Assembly: GCA_050015075.1 (NCBI GenBank)
Contig: JBEKCB010000010.1
Coordinates: 1-64,000 of the forward strand
Direction of reading: 5' to 3'
Origin: Candidatus Brocadiia bacterium
GTDB lineage: Bacteria > Planctomycetota > Brocadiia > CAIUPP01
Length of the DNA: 64,000 bases
Shown here: positions 48,119 to 57,614 of the stretch, in pieces
How the letters are laid out: each line of letters starts with the position of its first letter
How positions within the stretch are numbered: position 1 is the stretch's first letter
Notes under the pieces: model-generated
Told to the model about the DNA's origin: nothing
The model's database searches: none
The model's input: the letters and a program-made list of their open reading frames with translations, nothing else
Made by a program: the position numbers and the translations under genes

Positions 48119-49549
48119 TTACGGAGTTGGCACGAACATTCGCCTGTTCTCGTCGAACACGAGTTTGCCTTTATTGGCTTGAAACCATGTGCGGATATCG
48201 TCGTCCGATCCACGCTGGCCGGTCCGTTCGCGTATCGCCAGGCGCAATTGGTCATTGTTCCATTTGCCCAACTCCGGCGAACCCAATTTCGCGACGGCAA
48301 ATTCCATGGCTTCCGTCACGCCGTAATCCATGGCCGCACGTGCCATCGAGTACCGGCGGGGTGCCCTCCAGTCGGTCCATGACTTCGATGCCGCCCACAT
48401 ACGCACCACTGCGTCCTTCAACTGAATGCCGGGCAGATTCTTGATGTCGTCATAAATATTGGCGCCGTTCTGGTTGTTCTCAAAATGCCAGACGAGGTCA
48501 TCATTGGTGGCAGGATCGCGCAGTGCCGCGGCGGCCTGCAGGACTTCCACACACGTGTACTGTGAGCGCTCCGCGATGCGCGCCAGGAGAAATGGGCGCA
48601 TGTCCTGGCCCCATCCTTTGCGCTGCATGATCTCGACAAGGTCTTCCCGGAGTGGCAGCCATTTCAGCAGCACCGCCTTGTTCTCGGGCCGTACAAGGCC
48701 GTCCACAGCAATCTTCACAAAGTTGTCAACCCTCACGCTCTGCAGTCCTCCGGTGGTCCCCCAGATTTCGAGGAGCACGTCAAGGTTCTCCGGCCCCACT
48801 TTTTCCAGCATGGCGATTTCAGGGTAGACCAGGTCAAGGCGCTCCCGCGCCACTTTGTCCAGCATTGCGATTTGCCCAGGGCTGCTTCCGCCTTGCTTCC
48901 TGCCGATCAGGAGAAGAACCCCGCGGACGTATGCGCACGCCTGTTCCTTGGTCGGATGGGGCGGCAAAGTGAGAGCAGCCAGTTGGCGGCTTTGCTCCTC
49001 GTCGGCCGCCACTTTCTCCCTGGCCTGCTGCAGACCGGCCCTGGCTTCTTTGAGAATATCCTCCTCGACATCGGGCGAGCTGAGCGACAGCGCCATCTCG
49101 AAGTACGGGATAGCCTCCTTGTACTGGCCCCCGCGCGCGTATCGCCATGCCAGGGCATTTGCGCAAGAGATGCGAACGAAGATGAGATCCGGCTTGTTCT
49201 CGGTCCGCTTGAGCGACTCGTCAAAGCGAACAAACACCGTCGTGCCATCGTTGTTGACCTGAGCGAGGTTCCGCGCGTCAATGAAAAGCGCGATGGGGCA
49301 GCGGCAACCGGCCGCGTAGGCCTTCTCCAACGCCTTCACCGAAAGCGCAAGTTCCGCCTGCGGGTTGCCGCCCGTCGTCGCATTTCCAGCCGCCTCCCAA
49401 TGGTCAATCCCCTCGCGCACGAGCGCATCCCACTTCGGGTCCGTCTGGCCGAATTTCTGGTACTTGTCATACCACCAATTCGCGTCATAGCCGAAGGCCC
49501 GCGCCGAGAGAAGAAAGACCAGCGTCATGAACACGGGGCGCAGTCTCAT
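48119..49549 (-). CDS. Secreted TPR-containing partner protein B (paralog of A)
   Basis: DANWWY.KYQK.G.TDPKWDALVREGIDHW and long near-identical DNA blocks shared with 46615-48000. Confidence 0.85.
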   Translation of the reverse strand: MRLRPVFMTLVFLLSARAFGYDANWWYDKYQKFGQTDPKWDALVREGIDHWEAAGNATTGGNPQAELALSVKALEKAYAAGCRCPIALFIDARNLAQVNNDGTTVFVRFDESLKRTENKPDLIFVRISCANALAWRYARGGQYKEAIPYFEMALSLSSPDVEEDILKEARAGLQQAREKVAADEEQSRQLAALTLPPHPTKEQACAYVRGVLLLIGRKQGGSSPGQIAMLDKVARERLDLVYPEIAMLEKVGPENLDVLLEIWGTTGGLQSVRVDNFVKIAVDGLVRPENKAVLLKWLPLREDLVEIMQRKGWGQDMRPFLLARIAERSQYTCVEVLQAAAALRDPATNDDLVWHFENNQNGANIYDDIKNLPGIQLKDAVVRMWAASKSWTDWRAPRRYSMARAAMDYGVTEAMEFAVAKLGSPELGKWNNDQLRLAIRERTGQRGSDDDIRTWFQANKGKLVFDENRRMFVPTP

Positions 49550-50412
49550 CTCAAGCCCTCCGATTCCAGAAAGCGGTTCAGGGTCTTGCGGAACCTGAAT
49601 CGGTCCACGAACCGCCCCAGGCCGGCGAAGCCGATTGTGGCAGCCCCAACAGCGTGCGTCGGCAGTCTCTGCTTCACGCAGAAAAACCAAGCGTATGCAA
49701 GCCCGAACCCAACGAGGGGCACCGTCAAGTCCGAGGCCAGGCTGGACATGCTTGGGATCATCCGGAGCAATCTGCCGGCGAGATCTTTATTTGCAGCCAC
49801 GGCATCTTCGTCGCCGGGGCATTGCCGCTCAATCTCCGAGAAGAATTCCTTGACCTCCCGGGCCTCTTTCTGCGCCGCTTCCTGGTCTTCCGCCGTGCAA
49901 AGCAATAGGGGGCCGATGTCGGTAGTGACGATCACGCCCCAATATCGGAGCGGGCCGAAGAAGTCGAATCCAAGGCCGAGGTTTATCTCGCGCACGTCCG
50001 GCAATTTCGAGGGCAACTGGAAGTCCGCGTGGTAATCTTTGCCTGAACTCAGGTAGTGGACAGCCCCGCCCGGTGACTGCCGGTCAAGGGTGACTTCGTA
50101 AGCTACGGTGTTCGTGCGCCGGCCGATCAGGAGCGCGCCGGCCGGGCCGAGGAAGAGCAGCGCCATGACAACATCGCTCCCATTGAGCGATAACAAGAAG
50201 AAACCGATCATCGCCAGTGAGACCAGAAGTTCGATATTAAGGAAGTAGAGGCCCGGCGCCGGAGGCAGGCCCAGGCCGTAAAGCCGGCGGCGGCTCATCG
50301 CCGAAAGCCGGCGCAGGCGCAGACCCAATTTGCCGTCAGCGCCGATGCCGCGCGGCATGTACCACCCCGCATCGCTCCCGTGAACCCACTTATACCACCA
50401 TCCCGGTTTCAT
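49546..50412 (-). CDS. Hypothetical membrane protein (~4 TM)
   Basis: Two pairs of hydrophobic segments; stop overlaps the partner-B start (ATGA). Confidence 0.65.
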   Translation of the reverse strand: MKPGWWYKWVHGSDAGWYMPRGIGADGKLGLRLRRLSAMSRRRLYGLGLPPAPGLYFLNIELLVSLAMIGFFLLSLNGSDVVMALLFLGPAGALLIGRRTNTVAYEVTLDRQSPGGAVHYLSSGKDYHADFQLPSKLPDVREINLGLGFDFFGPLRYWGVIVTTDIGPLLLCTAEDQEAAQKEAREVKEFFSEIERQCPGDEDAVAANKDLAGRLLRMIPSMSSLASDLTVPLVGFGLAYAWFFCVKQRLPTHAVGAATIGFAGLGRFVDRFRFRKTLNRFLESEGLR

Positions 50413-50447
50413 GATGGCGCGAGCCTTATTATCCCGGCGCTCTCAGA

Positions 50448-50771
50448 CTACGGTTCCGTCGTGTACATGTCGCTCCCGACGCTATCGCGCAAGAGCTGTT
50501 TGAGACGTGAGCGCAACAGCAGATGGTCTCCGAATCTGTTGAGTCCGGTCCACCCTACAAGCAGTGGAATGATGGCAAAACTAGGCACACGGACCCGGTC
50601 CGCCGAGTTGCACGCGATGAGTAGAAAAAGGCCGTTGCCGAGGCAGGCCACTAACGAGTCAAGAATGAGGTCCCATCCGCTCGGCTTCATCCGGCGTAAC
50701 CGCTCGACGATGACTGAAATATCTGCTTGCACCGCACTACGGGCTTGCTTGGCGTTATCACTCTCCGTCAT
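50448..50771 (-). CDS. Small 2-TM membrane protein
   Basis: ATGA overlap with the upstream gene; two hydrophobic segments. Confidence 0.6.
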   Translation of the reverse strand: MTESDNAKQARSAVQADISVIVERLRRMKPSGWDLILDSLVACLGNGLFLLIACNSADRVRVPSFAIIPLLVGWTGLNRFGDHLLLRSRLKQLLRDSVGSDMYTTEP

Positions 50772-51775
50772 GGCTTTTTCTCCAGAGTCGTGTCGCCTTT
50801 CACCTCAAACTCAAAACTCCCCTCCGCCCACGCCGTCTCGTCCAGGCCCTTGATGGTGATGGCCAGGTCGCGCGTGACAGAGCCTTCCGTCTTCGGGTCG
50901 AGCGAGCGGAAAGCGCTGACGTTATACTGCTCGGGCAGGAGCGGAACGTTGTTCTCCGTGGCGAAGATTTTCAACTTCTCCAGGCCCGCGGGGCCTTCCG
51001 CCTTGATGGTGAAATTCTGGAAGCGGCCGGGGATGCTGTAAACCTCGTCCTTCTTGACGTAGTTGGTGGCGTAGAACCGATTCGGGAAGAGGACGGTGAT
51101 CTGGCCGCTGCTGCCCATGTTGAAGATGGTGACGTAGCAGGAGCGGTCGGCCTTGAACTTGATGACCAGCTCATCGCCGACTTTGTATTCGGTCTTGTCG
51201 GTCCAGACCGAGATACTGAACCGCTCCTTGTTGCTCTGCTTGACCTTCTCGATGTCCTCCCAGAGCGGCGTAGTGGGCGTCTTGATCCGCTTGTCCAGCA
51301 GGAAACTCTCCTGCGCGACGACCTTCGACTGCGTGTCCACGATGCGCAGCGTCAACTGCAACTTGTGCCCCAGGTCCACGGTATGGCCGAAGATGAATGC
51401 GTTCACGCCGGCGATTGTTCCCAACTCCGGCGCCGTCGCCGGATCGAGCATGCCCTTCTCGGAGAGCTTGTGCTCCTCGACGATCTGCGCCAGCTTCTCG
51501 CGCTCCAGGAGGTCGACCTTCCCGCTCTTCGCGAGGTCCATAAACAGCTCATCGGCCAGCAAACGCCCCTCGACCGAGAAACTGCCGTCGAGGTAGCTGA
51601 ACGGCAGGATCGCAATCCGATTGCCGCCGAGCTTGGGAACGGAGGAGATGACGAAATCGGAGAGCGCGGCAACCTGTTTCGCGCTATCGGCCTGGCTCTC
51701 CTGCGCCGACGTTCCACTTGCGGCGCTGCAAGCGAGCAGAACCAGAACGACCAGCGCGTGCTTCGACTGTGTCAT
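50768..51775 (-). CDS. Secreted FlgO/CsgG-like + DUF4384 protein
   Basis: Signal with possible lipobox LLAC; IAILPF, LLEREKLAQIVEEHKLS..G..D; DUF4384-like VWTDKTEYKVGD...CYVTIF...VLFPN...GPAGLEKLKIFAT. Confidence 0.85.
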   Translation of the reverse strand: MTQSKHALVVLVLLACSAASGTSAQESQADSAKQVAALSDFVISSVPKLGGNRIAILPFSYLDGSFSVEGRLLADELFMDLAKSGKVDLLEREKLAQIVEEHKLSEKGMLDPATAPELGTIAGVNAFIFGHTVDLGHKLQLTLRIVDTQSKVVAQESFLLDKRIKTPTTPLWEDIEKVKQSNKERFSISVWTDKTEYKVGDELVIKFKADRSCYVTIFNMGSSGQITVLFPNRFYATNYVKKDEVYSIPGRFQNFTIKAEGPAGLEKLKIFATENNVPLLPEQYNVSAFRSLDPKTEGSVTRDLAITIKGLDETAWAEGSFEFEVKGDTTLEKKP

Positions 51776-51799
51776 ATGACGTTCCTCCTGTGTGCGCGT

Positions 51800-54700
51800 T
51801 CATCTTGGGTTTCCCTGCGGCGTCACGGCCGCGGCGGCCGCATTGACCTGAAACTCATCCACCGGAACCGTTATCCAGGTTCCGTGTGCGATCACGGCGA
51901 CGCAGCCGTTCCCGCTCTCATCTTCCGCGGTACTTCCTTGTCCCTCATCCAGCGGAAGCAGCATCACGGTGCTCGGGAGTTTCGTCAGCCGGATCGGCGG
52001 CGTGAAGTCCTCCTTGTAGAGCGCCTCGTTGCTCAGGCGCGCTCCGGCGATCCGGCCGTTGAACCGGCGACCGATCAGCAGGTTGTTGTCATTGGTCGTC
52101 AATTGAGGTTCCTCGGCGCACGCCGACACTTTCCGGCCGTTGATGTAGTTGCGGAGTTCCTGCCCATCGAAAACCATCGCAATGTGCAGCCAAGTCTTCG
52201 TCGGGAGCGGATAGTACGTATTCTCAGGCGAAGGCTTCCAGTTGAACGGCGCAACATCCGACTCGAGTTTGCCGTCAGGGGTGATCCGAAGCTGCCAGGG
52301 GCCGAGCTTCGGAGTATCGCGGGTCATAATAATGCCTCGCGCCGGATCATCGGCCCAGATCCAGGCTTCTGCGGTCATGGCCTTGGTCATGTTGAAGACA
52401 GGATTGTACTGAACGGCGATCTCGCCTTCATTTCCGTCGAACGAGATGACCGGACGCTGCGGAACGAGTGTGCCCTGCGGTCCGGGTTTTGGCGGCGGGT
52501 GTCTCATCTGCTCTTTGATCCGCCGTGTCTCCGCCGCTATCTGTTTTACCTCTGCCTCATGAGCCGGATCGGGCTGAAACTCATCCACCGGCACCGTCAT
52601 CCAGGTCCCGTTCACGATCGTGGCGATGCAGCCGTTCCCGCTCTCGTCTTCCGCGGTAATTCCTTGTCCCTCGTCCAGCGGAAGCAGCATCACGGTGCTC
52701 GGGAGTTTCGTCAGCCGGGCTGGCGGCGTGAAGTCCTCCTTGTAGAGCGCCTCGCTGCTCAGGCGCGCTCCGGCGATCCGGCCGTTGAAAAAGCGGCCGA
52801 TCAGCAGGTTGTTGTCATTGGTCGTCAATTGGGGTTCCTCGGGGCATGCGGACACTTTGTGGCCGTTGATGTAGTTGCGCAGTTCCCGCCCGTCGAAGAC
52901 CATCGCAATGTGTAGCCACGTCCGCGTCGGCAGGCGGCGGTAAGTGCTCTCGGGCGAGGGGTTCCAGTTGGCCGGCGCAACATCCGACTCGAGTTTGCCG
53001 TCAAGGGTGATCCGAAGCTGCCATGGACCGAGCTTCGGAGTATCGCGAGTCATAATCTCGCCATGGGTCGGATCATCTGCCCAGATCCAGGCTTCTGCGG
53101 TCATGGCCTTGGTCATATTATTAAAGACTGGGTTGTATCCAACGCGGATCTCGCCGGTGCTGGCGCTTTGGTCGAACGAGATGACCGCGCGCTGCGGAAC
53201 GGGTGTTCCCTGCGGCCCCGTTATTGGCGGCGGGCGTTTCATCTGCTCTCTGAACAGCTTCACCTCTGCCTCCGACCGCTTGACCTCTGCCTCTGACCGC
53301 TTCACCGCTTCCTCTAGCCGCTCGAAGGATGGGGCGCCTCCCTTATCGCGTACGGCGAAAACCGGGGTCGAGTCTTCGCCCGCAATTACTACCGCGTCCC
53401 TGCATTCCACGGCCAGCAACTGCTGGCCGAGAATGTCCTGCGCCCGCAGCGTAAGCGGCGGCTGATCGTTGAAGAACTCCACCTTCACCTGTGAGGATAT
53501 CACGTTGGGCCAATCGGGATCAGGCTCACATATAATCTTGTCGCCAAACACTCCGACCGGCCAATATTCGCGGACGGGCCCGCACGGCCAAGGGTCTTTC
53601 TTAGAGCGGGTGTAGGCGTGTTCGGTCAGGTAACAGATGCTATCGGTCGCGGGATCATAGAGGCCGATGCCTTGGATAAGGATTCGGTCGAAGCACCAGC
53701 GAGCGTGAGCGCGCTCGATATGTTCCAGCCGCTCGGATGCAAAGCTGATTTTTCGCGAGGCGGCGTCGAATTTCCAGAGTCCCCGCCGCGTTTCGTGCCC
53801 CTGCGTATTGTTGATGCCGAACCAGATGCAGTTTCGCACGGGATCAGACAGGATGTACGGCACGTCGTACGTGGGCAGCCCGTCAAACAGGTTTTGCGGC
53901 GCCTCGGATCGGCGGCACGAGCACAGTGTGGCGGAACGGCCTGTCTTCGGATCAAACTCAACGATTGCCCCAGGCGACGTCCCGAGGTACCACTTGCCGT
54001 TCAGACACGCAAATGACGTCAGTTTGAGTGACGGCAACCCATCGGCTTCTGTCCAAAGCCTCGTCTTTCCTTTCTCGAAGGTCACGATCCCTATGTCACT
54101 CATGGACGCGAGCCACTGTCCTGCCTCGTCCCGCGTCAAAACCGCAGTGCAATGCAGATTTCGCTTTGCCGCTGGCTTGAGCATAATCTCGCCGAGAATG
54201 CTGCGATTGCCCCCATCCAGCGGAACGGCCACGAGCCGAACGCGATCGCCTTGGTCGCCCTCGCTCCCCGCCTCAAGAAGAACTGCGCGATTGCCGTCAG
54301 GCTGGATCGCATTGACCCGGTAACCAGTCTCTGTCGTCAAGAGCTTCACGACGAACTGTTCCGGCCTGAGATCGGGCGCCTGCGGTTTGGGAGCGGGCGG
54401 AGCCGCCAGTCCCAGTTGCCTTTCCAGGAAACCTATATGTGACTTTGCATCTCCCTGGGCGTCAAGGTTGGGTGGAAAGGTGACATTGACTGTGTCCTGA
54501 AAGTCCTTCGCGATCTCGTAGGCTTCCCGGAAACGACCTTCGTTCTCAAAGGCTGACAACCAGAACTTAATGCAATTTGCCCAATTCCACTCTGACGCCA
54601 GCCTCGCATGCTCAAGACGAAGCATCGGACGAAGAATCGCATCCCCGTACTTGATAAGAAGGTCCGGGTCATTGTTATAGGTCCAGAGGAATATATCCAT

Positions 54701-56602
54701 CCATCTGTGCGCCCATAAACCGTCCCTCGCTAACGGATTTTCTTTTTCACCCGGCAGGATCGCGGGAATTTCGCGGGCCAGCATTTGAAGGCACGTCTCG
54801 GCATCCTTTGAGTATCCCCAGCCATCCTGGAACGCCGCCGCGTACGTGGCAAACCGCACCACCGGATCCGGGTGATTCATCAACCAGTGAAACGCCTCTT
54901 GAATGCCGGGATAGAGCGCCGAGTACGCCGCCTTCGGATCTTCCGACGGGAGAAGATTGTTGAACACCCGGGGAAAACATGCCTCCATGGCATATTTCAG
55001 AGGAACATATTTCCAGACTTGGCCCGTCATCCTGGGCGCGCCGGGCGGCGGATTCTCGATCTGGCCCACGACCTCCTGGATACTGGCCAGCCACTCCTCG
55101 GCGCTTCCCGCTATGTCGTGACCGTAGCGAAGACGTTCCGCCAGCAGATCCATCCAAACGTTCGCGGTGCCCTTTGTTCGACAGATTTCCGTTGCGATGG
55201 CCATCGCCTCACGATATTGACGCAGCCAGGCTTGCTGAAGTTCAGCGAAGAGCTGGCGGGCCTCGGCTGATCCTGTTTCACGGACGGCCCTCCTATAGCC
55301 GTATAAATCCTTATTGACATACAAATCGTGACCGCCCACCAGAAAGATCTGACTAAGCGAATTCCCGCAAAGTTCGCCTTCATCAACCTCGTGATTCTTT
55401 TCCCACCGACTGAGAACCTTATCGCGAAAACCTTGATATTGCGCCTTTTGATAGAGGACCAGCGCATGCAAACCCTCGATCGTTGCGTGTGTCCTGGCTT
55501 CCATGGGGAGTTCGCGATCATAGGCGCGAGTATCATAGAGTGCGACGCGAAAATACATCCCCTTCGCCCTTGCCACTATTTCGTCGGACGGATCCAGCGC
55601 CACAGCGGCCTGCGTACGGGCAATTACGCCGTCAGTGCCGAACGCGGATTCGGTTTCCGCCTGATTCATGAAGAGCTTGGCTTCCTCGGCCGGCGATAGC
55701 GTTCGAAGGCCGGCCGGTTCAGAGTTGAGTTTCTCCGCGATCTCGCTGACCATCTGCGTCCGTAATCCCGCAAGATTCTCAAGGGAACCGTTGATGTGGA
55801 CATACTCTGTCTTATCCCCGTTCAACGATTGCAACTCCACTGTGGCCACCACCTCATTCCGGGTTGCGCCGTAGGCTAATCCGCCCTTCAGAAGCACCGC
55901 CGAGGTTCGCAAAGCCACCTCCGCGCCGGCCAGCGTTTTTTCCGCGGTCAAGTGCTCGAGACGCTCGCGCTCCAGGACGATGACATTGGGCGAATTGGCA
56001 AGATCATTGAGAAGGAACATCGAAAGCATATCGGCCAGCGAATCGAGCGAGTCGTCCAAAGCCTCGCTTCGAAACACAAGGAGGGCCACGTACCGTCTGT
56101 TGTTCGGCGGATAGCTCAGCTTGCGGCTCGCCAGATCAATGAGCGACGTGACGCCGGACAAGTCGGTGAGCAGCGTCTCCTGCAACTGCATGCAGGAACA
56201 CAGGATGATCCCGGTGCGCGCTTCCACCGCTCGAATTCTGCAAGTGGGTCGCACGGACTCCTTCGCTGCCTCGAATAGTGCAGGCGGCGGCGGAGGAGCA
56301 TCAACGACCAGAAACATGTCTACGCCCAGTATTTGCCCGACCTGGATCGCTTTGCTCGGCTCCATGAGTCCTGCCGCCGACAACTGCTGCTCCGCCAGGA
56401 CCTTATTGATCAGCGCGCGCTCGACCAGCGTAACCTGCGATTCCTTCGACAGGCCCGCTTCGATGGTTGGCACAACGAAGTCCGCCAGCGTCGACTTGCC
56501 CTTTTCGCCGATCACCGCCACGCGGGTGGCCGCCGCCCATGCTGCGGAGGGCAGAGCGATCGCCAGCGCCACAATCAGCAAACCTTCTCGCACCCTTGCC
56601 AT
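51800..56602 (-). CDS. Large secreted protein: two CsgG/HfaB-like domains, helical region, probable beta-propeller, two LamG-like domains
   Basis: Signal peptide; LVERALINKVLAEQQLS and VLERERLEHLTAEKTL; TEADGLPS propeller motif; duplicated MTAEAWI...WLHIAMVFDG..LRNYING...FNGRI. Confidence 0.85.
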   Translation of the reverse strand: MARVREGLLIVALAIALPSAAWAAATRVAVIGEKGKSTLADFVVPTIEAGLSKESQVTLVERALINKVLAEQQLSAAGLMEPSKAIQVGQILGVDMFLVVDAPPPPPALFEAAKESVRPTCRIRAVEARTGIILCSCMQLQETLLTDLSGVTSLIDLASRKLSYPPNNRRYVALLVFRSEALDDSLDSLADMLSMFLLNDLANSPNVIVLERERLEHLTAEKTLAGAEVALRTSAVLLKGGLAYGATRNEVVATVELQSLNGDKTEYVHINGSLENLAGLRTQMVSEIAEKLNSEPAGLRTLSPAEEAKLFMNQAETESAFGTDGVIARTQAAVALDPSDEIVARAKGMYFRVALYDTRAYDRELPMEARTHATIEGLHALVLYQKAQYQGFRDKVLSRWEKNHEVDEGELCGNSLSQIFLVGGHDLYVNKDLYGYRRAVRETGSAEARQLFAELQQAWLRQYREAMAIATEICRTKGTANVWMDLLAERLRYGHDIAGSAEEWLASIQEVVGQIENPPPGAPRMTGQVWKYVPLKYAMEACFPRVFNNLLPSEDPKAAYSALYPGIQEAFHWLMNHPDPVVRFATYAAAFQDGWGYSKDAETCLQMLAREIPAILPGEKENPLARDGLWAHRWMDIFLWTYNNDPDLLIKYGDAILRPMLRLEHARLASEWNWANCIKFWLSAFENEGRFREAYEIAKDFQDTVNVTFPPNLDAQGDAKSHIGFLERQLGLAAPPAPKPQAPDLRPEQFVVKLLTTETGYRVNAIQPDGNRAVLLEAGSEGDQGDRVRLVAVPLDGGNRSILGEIMLKPAAKRNLHCTAVLTRDEAGQWLASMSDIGIVTFEKGKTRLWTEADGLPSLKLTSFACLNGKWYLGTSPGAIVEFDPKTGRSATLCSCRRSEAPQNLFDGLPTYDVPYILSDPVRNCIWFGINNTQGHETRRGLWKFDAASRKISFASERLEHIERAHARWCFDRILIQGIGLYDPATDSICYLTEHAYTRSKKDPWPCGPVREYWPVGVFGDKIICEPDPDWPNVISSQVKVEFFNDQPPLTLRAQDILGQQLLAVECRDAVVIAGEDSTPVFAVRDKGGAPSFERLEEAVKRSEAEVKRSEAEVKLFREQMKRPPPITGPQGTPVPQRAVISFDQSASTGEIRVGYNPVFNNMTKAMTAEAWIWADDPTHGEIMTRDTPKLGPWQLRITLDGKLESDVAPANWNPSPESTYRRLPTRTWLHIAMVFDGRELRNYINGHKVSACPEEPQLTTNDNNLLIGRFFNGRIAGARLSSEALYKEDFTPPARLTKLPSTVMLLPLDEGQGITAEDESGNGCIATIVNGTWMTVPVDEFQPDPAHEAEVKQIAAETRRIKEQMRHPPPKPGPQGTLVPQRPVISFDGNEGEIAVQYNPVFNMTKAMTAEAWIWADDPARGIIMTRDTPKLGPWQLRITPDGKLESDVAPFNWKPSPENTYYPLPTKTWLHIAMVFDGQELRNYINGRKVSACAEEPQLTTNDNNLLIGRRFNGRIAGARLSNEALYKEDFTPPIRLTKLPSTVMLLPLDEGQGSTAEDESGNGCVAVIAHGTWITVPVDEFQVNAAAAAVTPQGNPR
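51848..53235. repeat. Near-identical tandem duplication of the LamG-like domain (period ~726 bp)
   Basis: CTGAAACTCATCCACCGG starts at 51848 and 52574; long identical blocks follow both. Confidence 0.9.
53259..53306. repeat. 21-bp tandem repeat encoding (VKRSEAE)x2
   Basis: ttcacctctgcctccgaccgc / ttgacctctgcctctgaccgc / ttcacc. Confidence 0.85.
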
Positions 56603-56687
56603 CGCCCAACGTCCCTTCGGAATCGCATGTCGTTCCGCAAACTGCCGCCCGGCATGACGAGCGCATCGCTCCACGCAACGGCGTTTA

Positions 56688-57482
56688 TCATTCCTGCAGA
56701 TTGGCTTCCATGTGCACGTATTCAGCTCCATGCCAAAACGTGACTCTCACAACGATGTTATCGCTGACCCAGACATCCGACCTGATCCCGGGAAATGACT
56801 CCTTGTATCTGACGCAATCATAAAACTTCTTTCCGATTATAAGCCTTTCGGTCCCCTCGCACGTTATGGTACCTGCCTGCACCGCCCAAATATCAAAAAG
56901 GACCGGCTCTGCATACTGCGTGAAGGTGTAGACGCCGCCGATGTTTCGAGGAAGCAGTGGGGCGAGTCTCAGCAGCGCGTTGAACGTCAGAATGCCCTCC
57001 TGGAAATTCCATTGTTCCGTCCGGACAGGTCCGCGGCCATTGGGATCATCGAGTATCTTTGCTGTTCCATTCTCATAACTCATTTCGCGCACTGTTCTGT
57101 CGTCTTTGCTGATATCCAGAGTGATCTGCTGTGGACGGAGCAAATCACCTTTTGGAAATCGCACCATTCGGTCGAAGACCATGCCGCCAAAGGCCGGCAC
57201 CACGGCGATAGTGTCATGCAAGACAATGTCGTCTTTGTCAGATTGAGTGGACACGACCATCTTTCCGTATTCCTTGCTTTCTCCCTTCAGGACGATGGCC
57301 GTCCATGTGTAAGTGTGGCTTCCGCCCTTTTCCAGTTTCTGCAGGTCAAAGGTTACGTCCTTCAGCGGCTTTGGTGGGACGCTTTCGTCCGCCGCCAGCG
57401 CCTGCATCGTGAAAGTAATACATGACAAAACGGCTAAGGCCGCCGGGATGACCGTCACGGTAGAACGATTCTTTCTCGTCAC
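56688..57482 (-). CDS. Secreted beta-rich hypothetical protein, visibly lower GC
   Basis: GGAGA RBS before GTG 57482; signal peptide ending QALA. Confidence 0.7.
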   Translation of the reverse strand: MTRKNRSTVTVIPAALAVLSCITFTMQALAADESVPPKPLKDVTFDLQKLEKGGSHTYTWTAIVLKGESKEYGKMVVSTQSDKDDIVLHDTIAVVPAFGGMVFDRMVRFPKGDLLRPQQITLDISKDDRTVREMSYENGTAKILDDPNGRGPVRTEQWNFQEGILTFNALLRLAPLLPRNIGGVYTFTQYAEPVLFDIWAVQAGTITCEGTERLIIGKKFYDCVRYKESFPGIRSDVWVSDNIVVRVTFWHGAEYVHMEANLQE

Positions 57483-57614
57483 GCGATCTCTCCATGGGTG
57501 CACACTATGGCGTGTACGTGCATTTCCTCCCGCCTGCGATTAGATTTCACCTCTCCCCGCCGGCGCCGCCGGTCGGCCTTCGCCGGCTAGTCTATGCTTC
57601 ACCTCTGCAACAAT

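Noticed and set aside
51848-53235. DGR template/variable repeat pair
   Set aside because: Both copies are coding in one ORF, I saw no adenine-specific pattern in the differences, and there is no RT gene.
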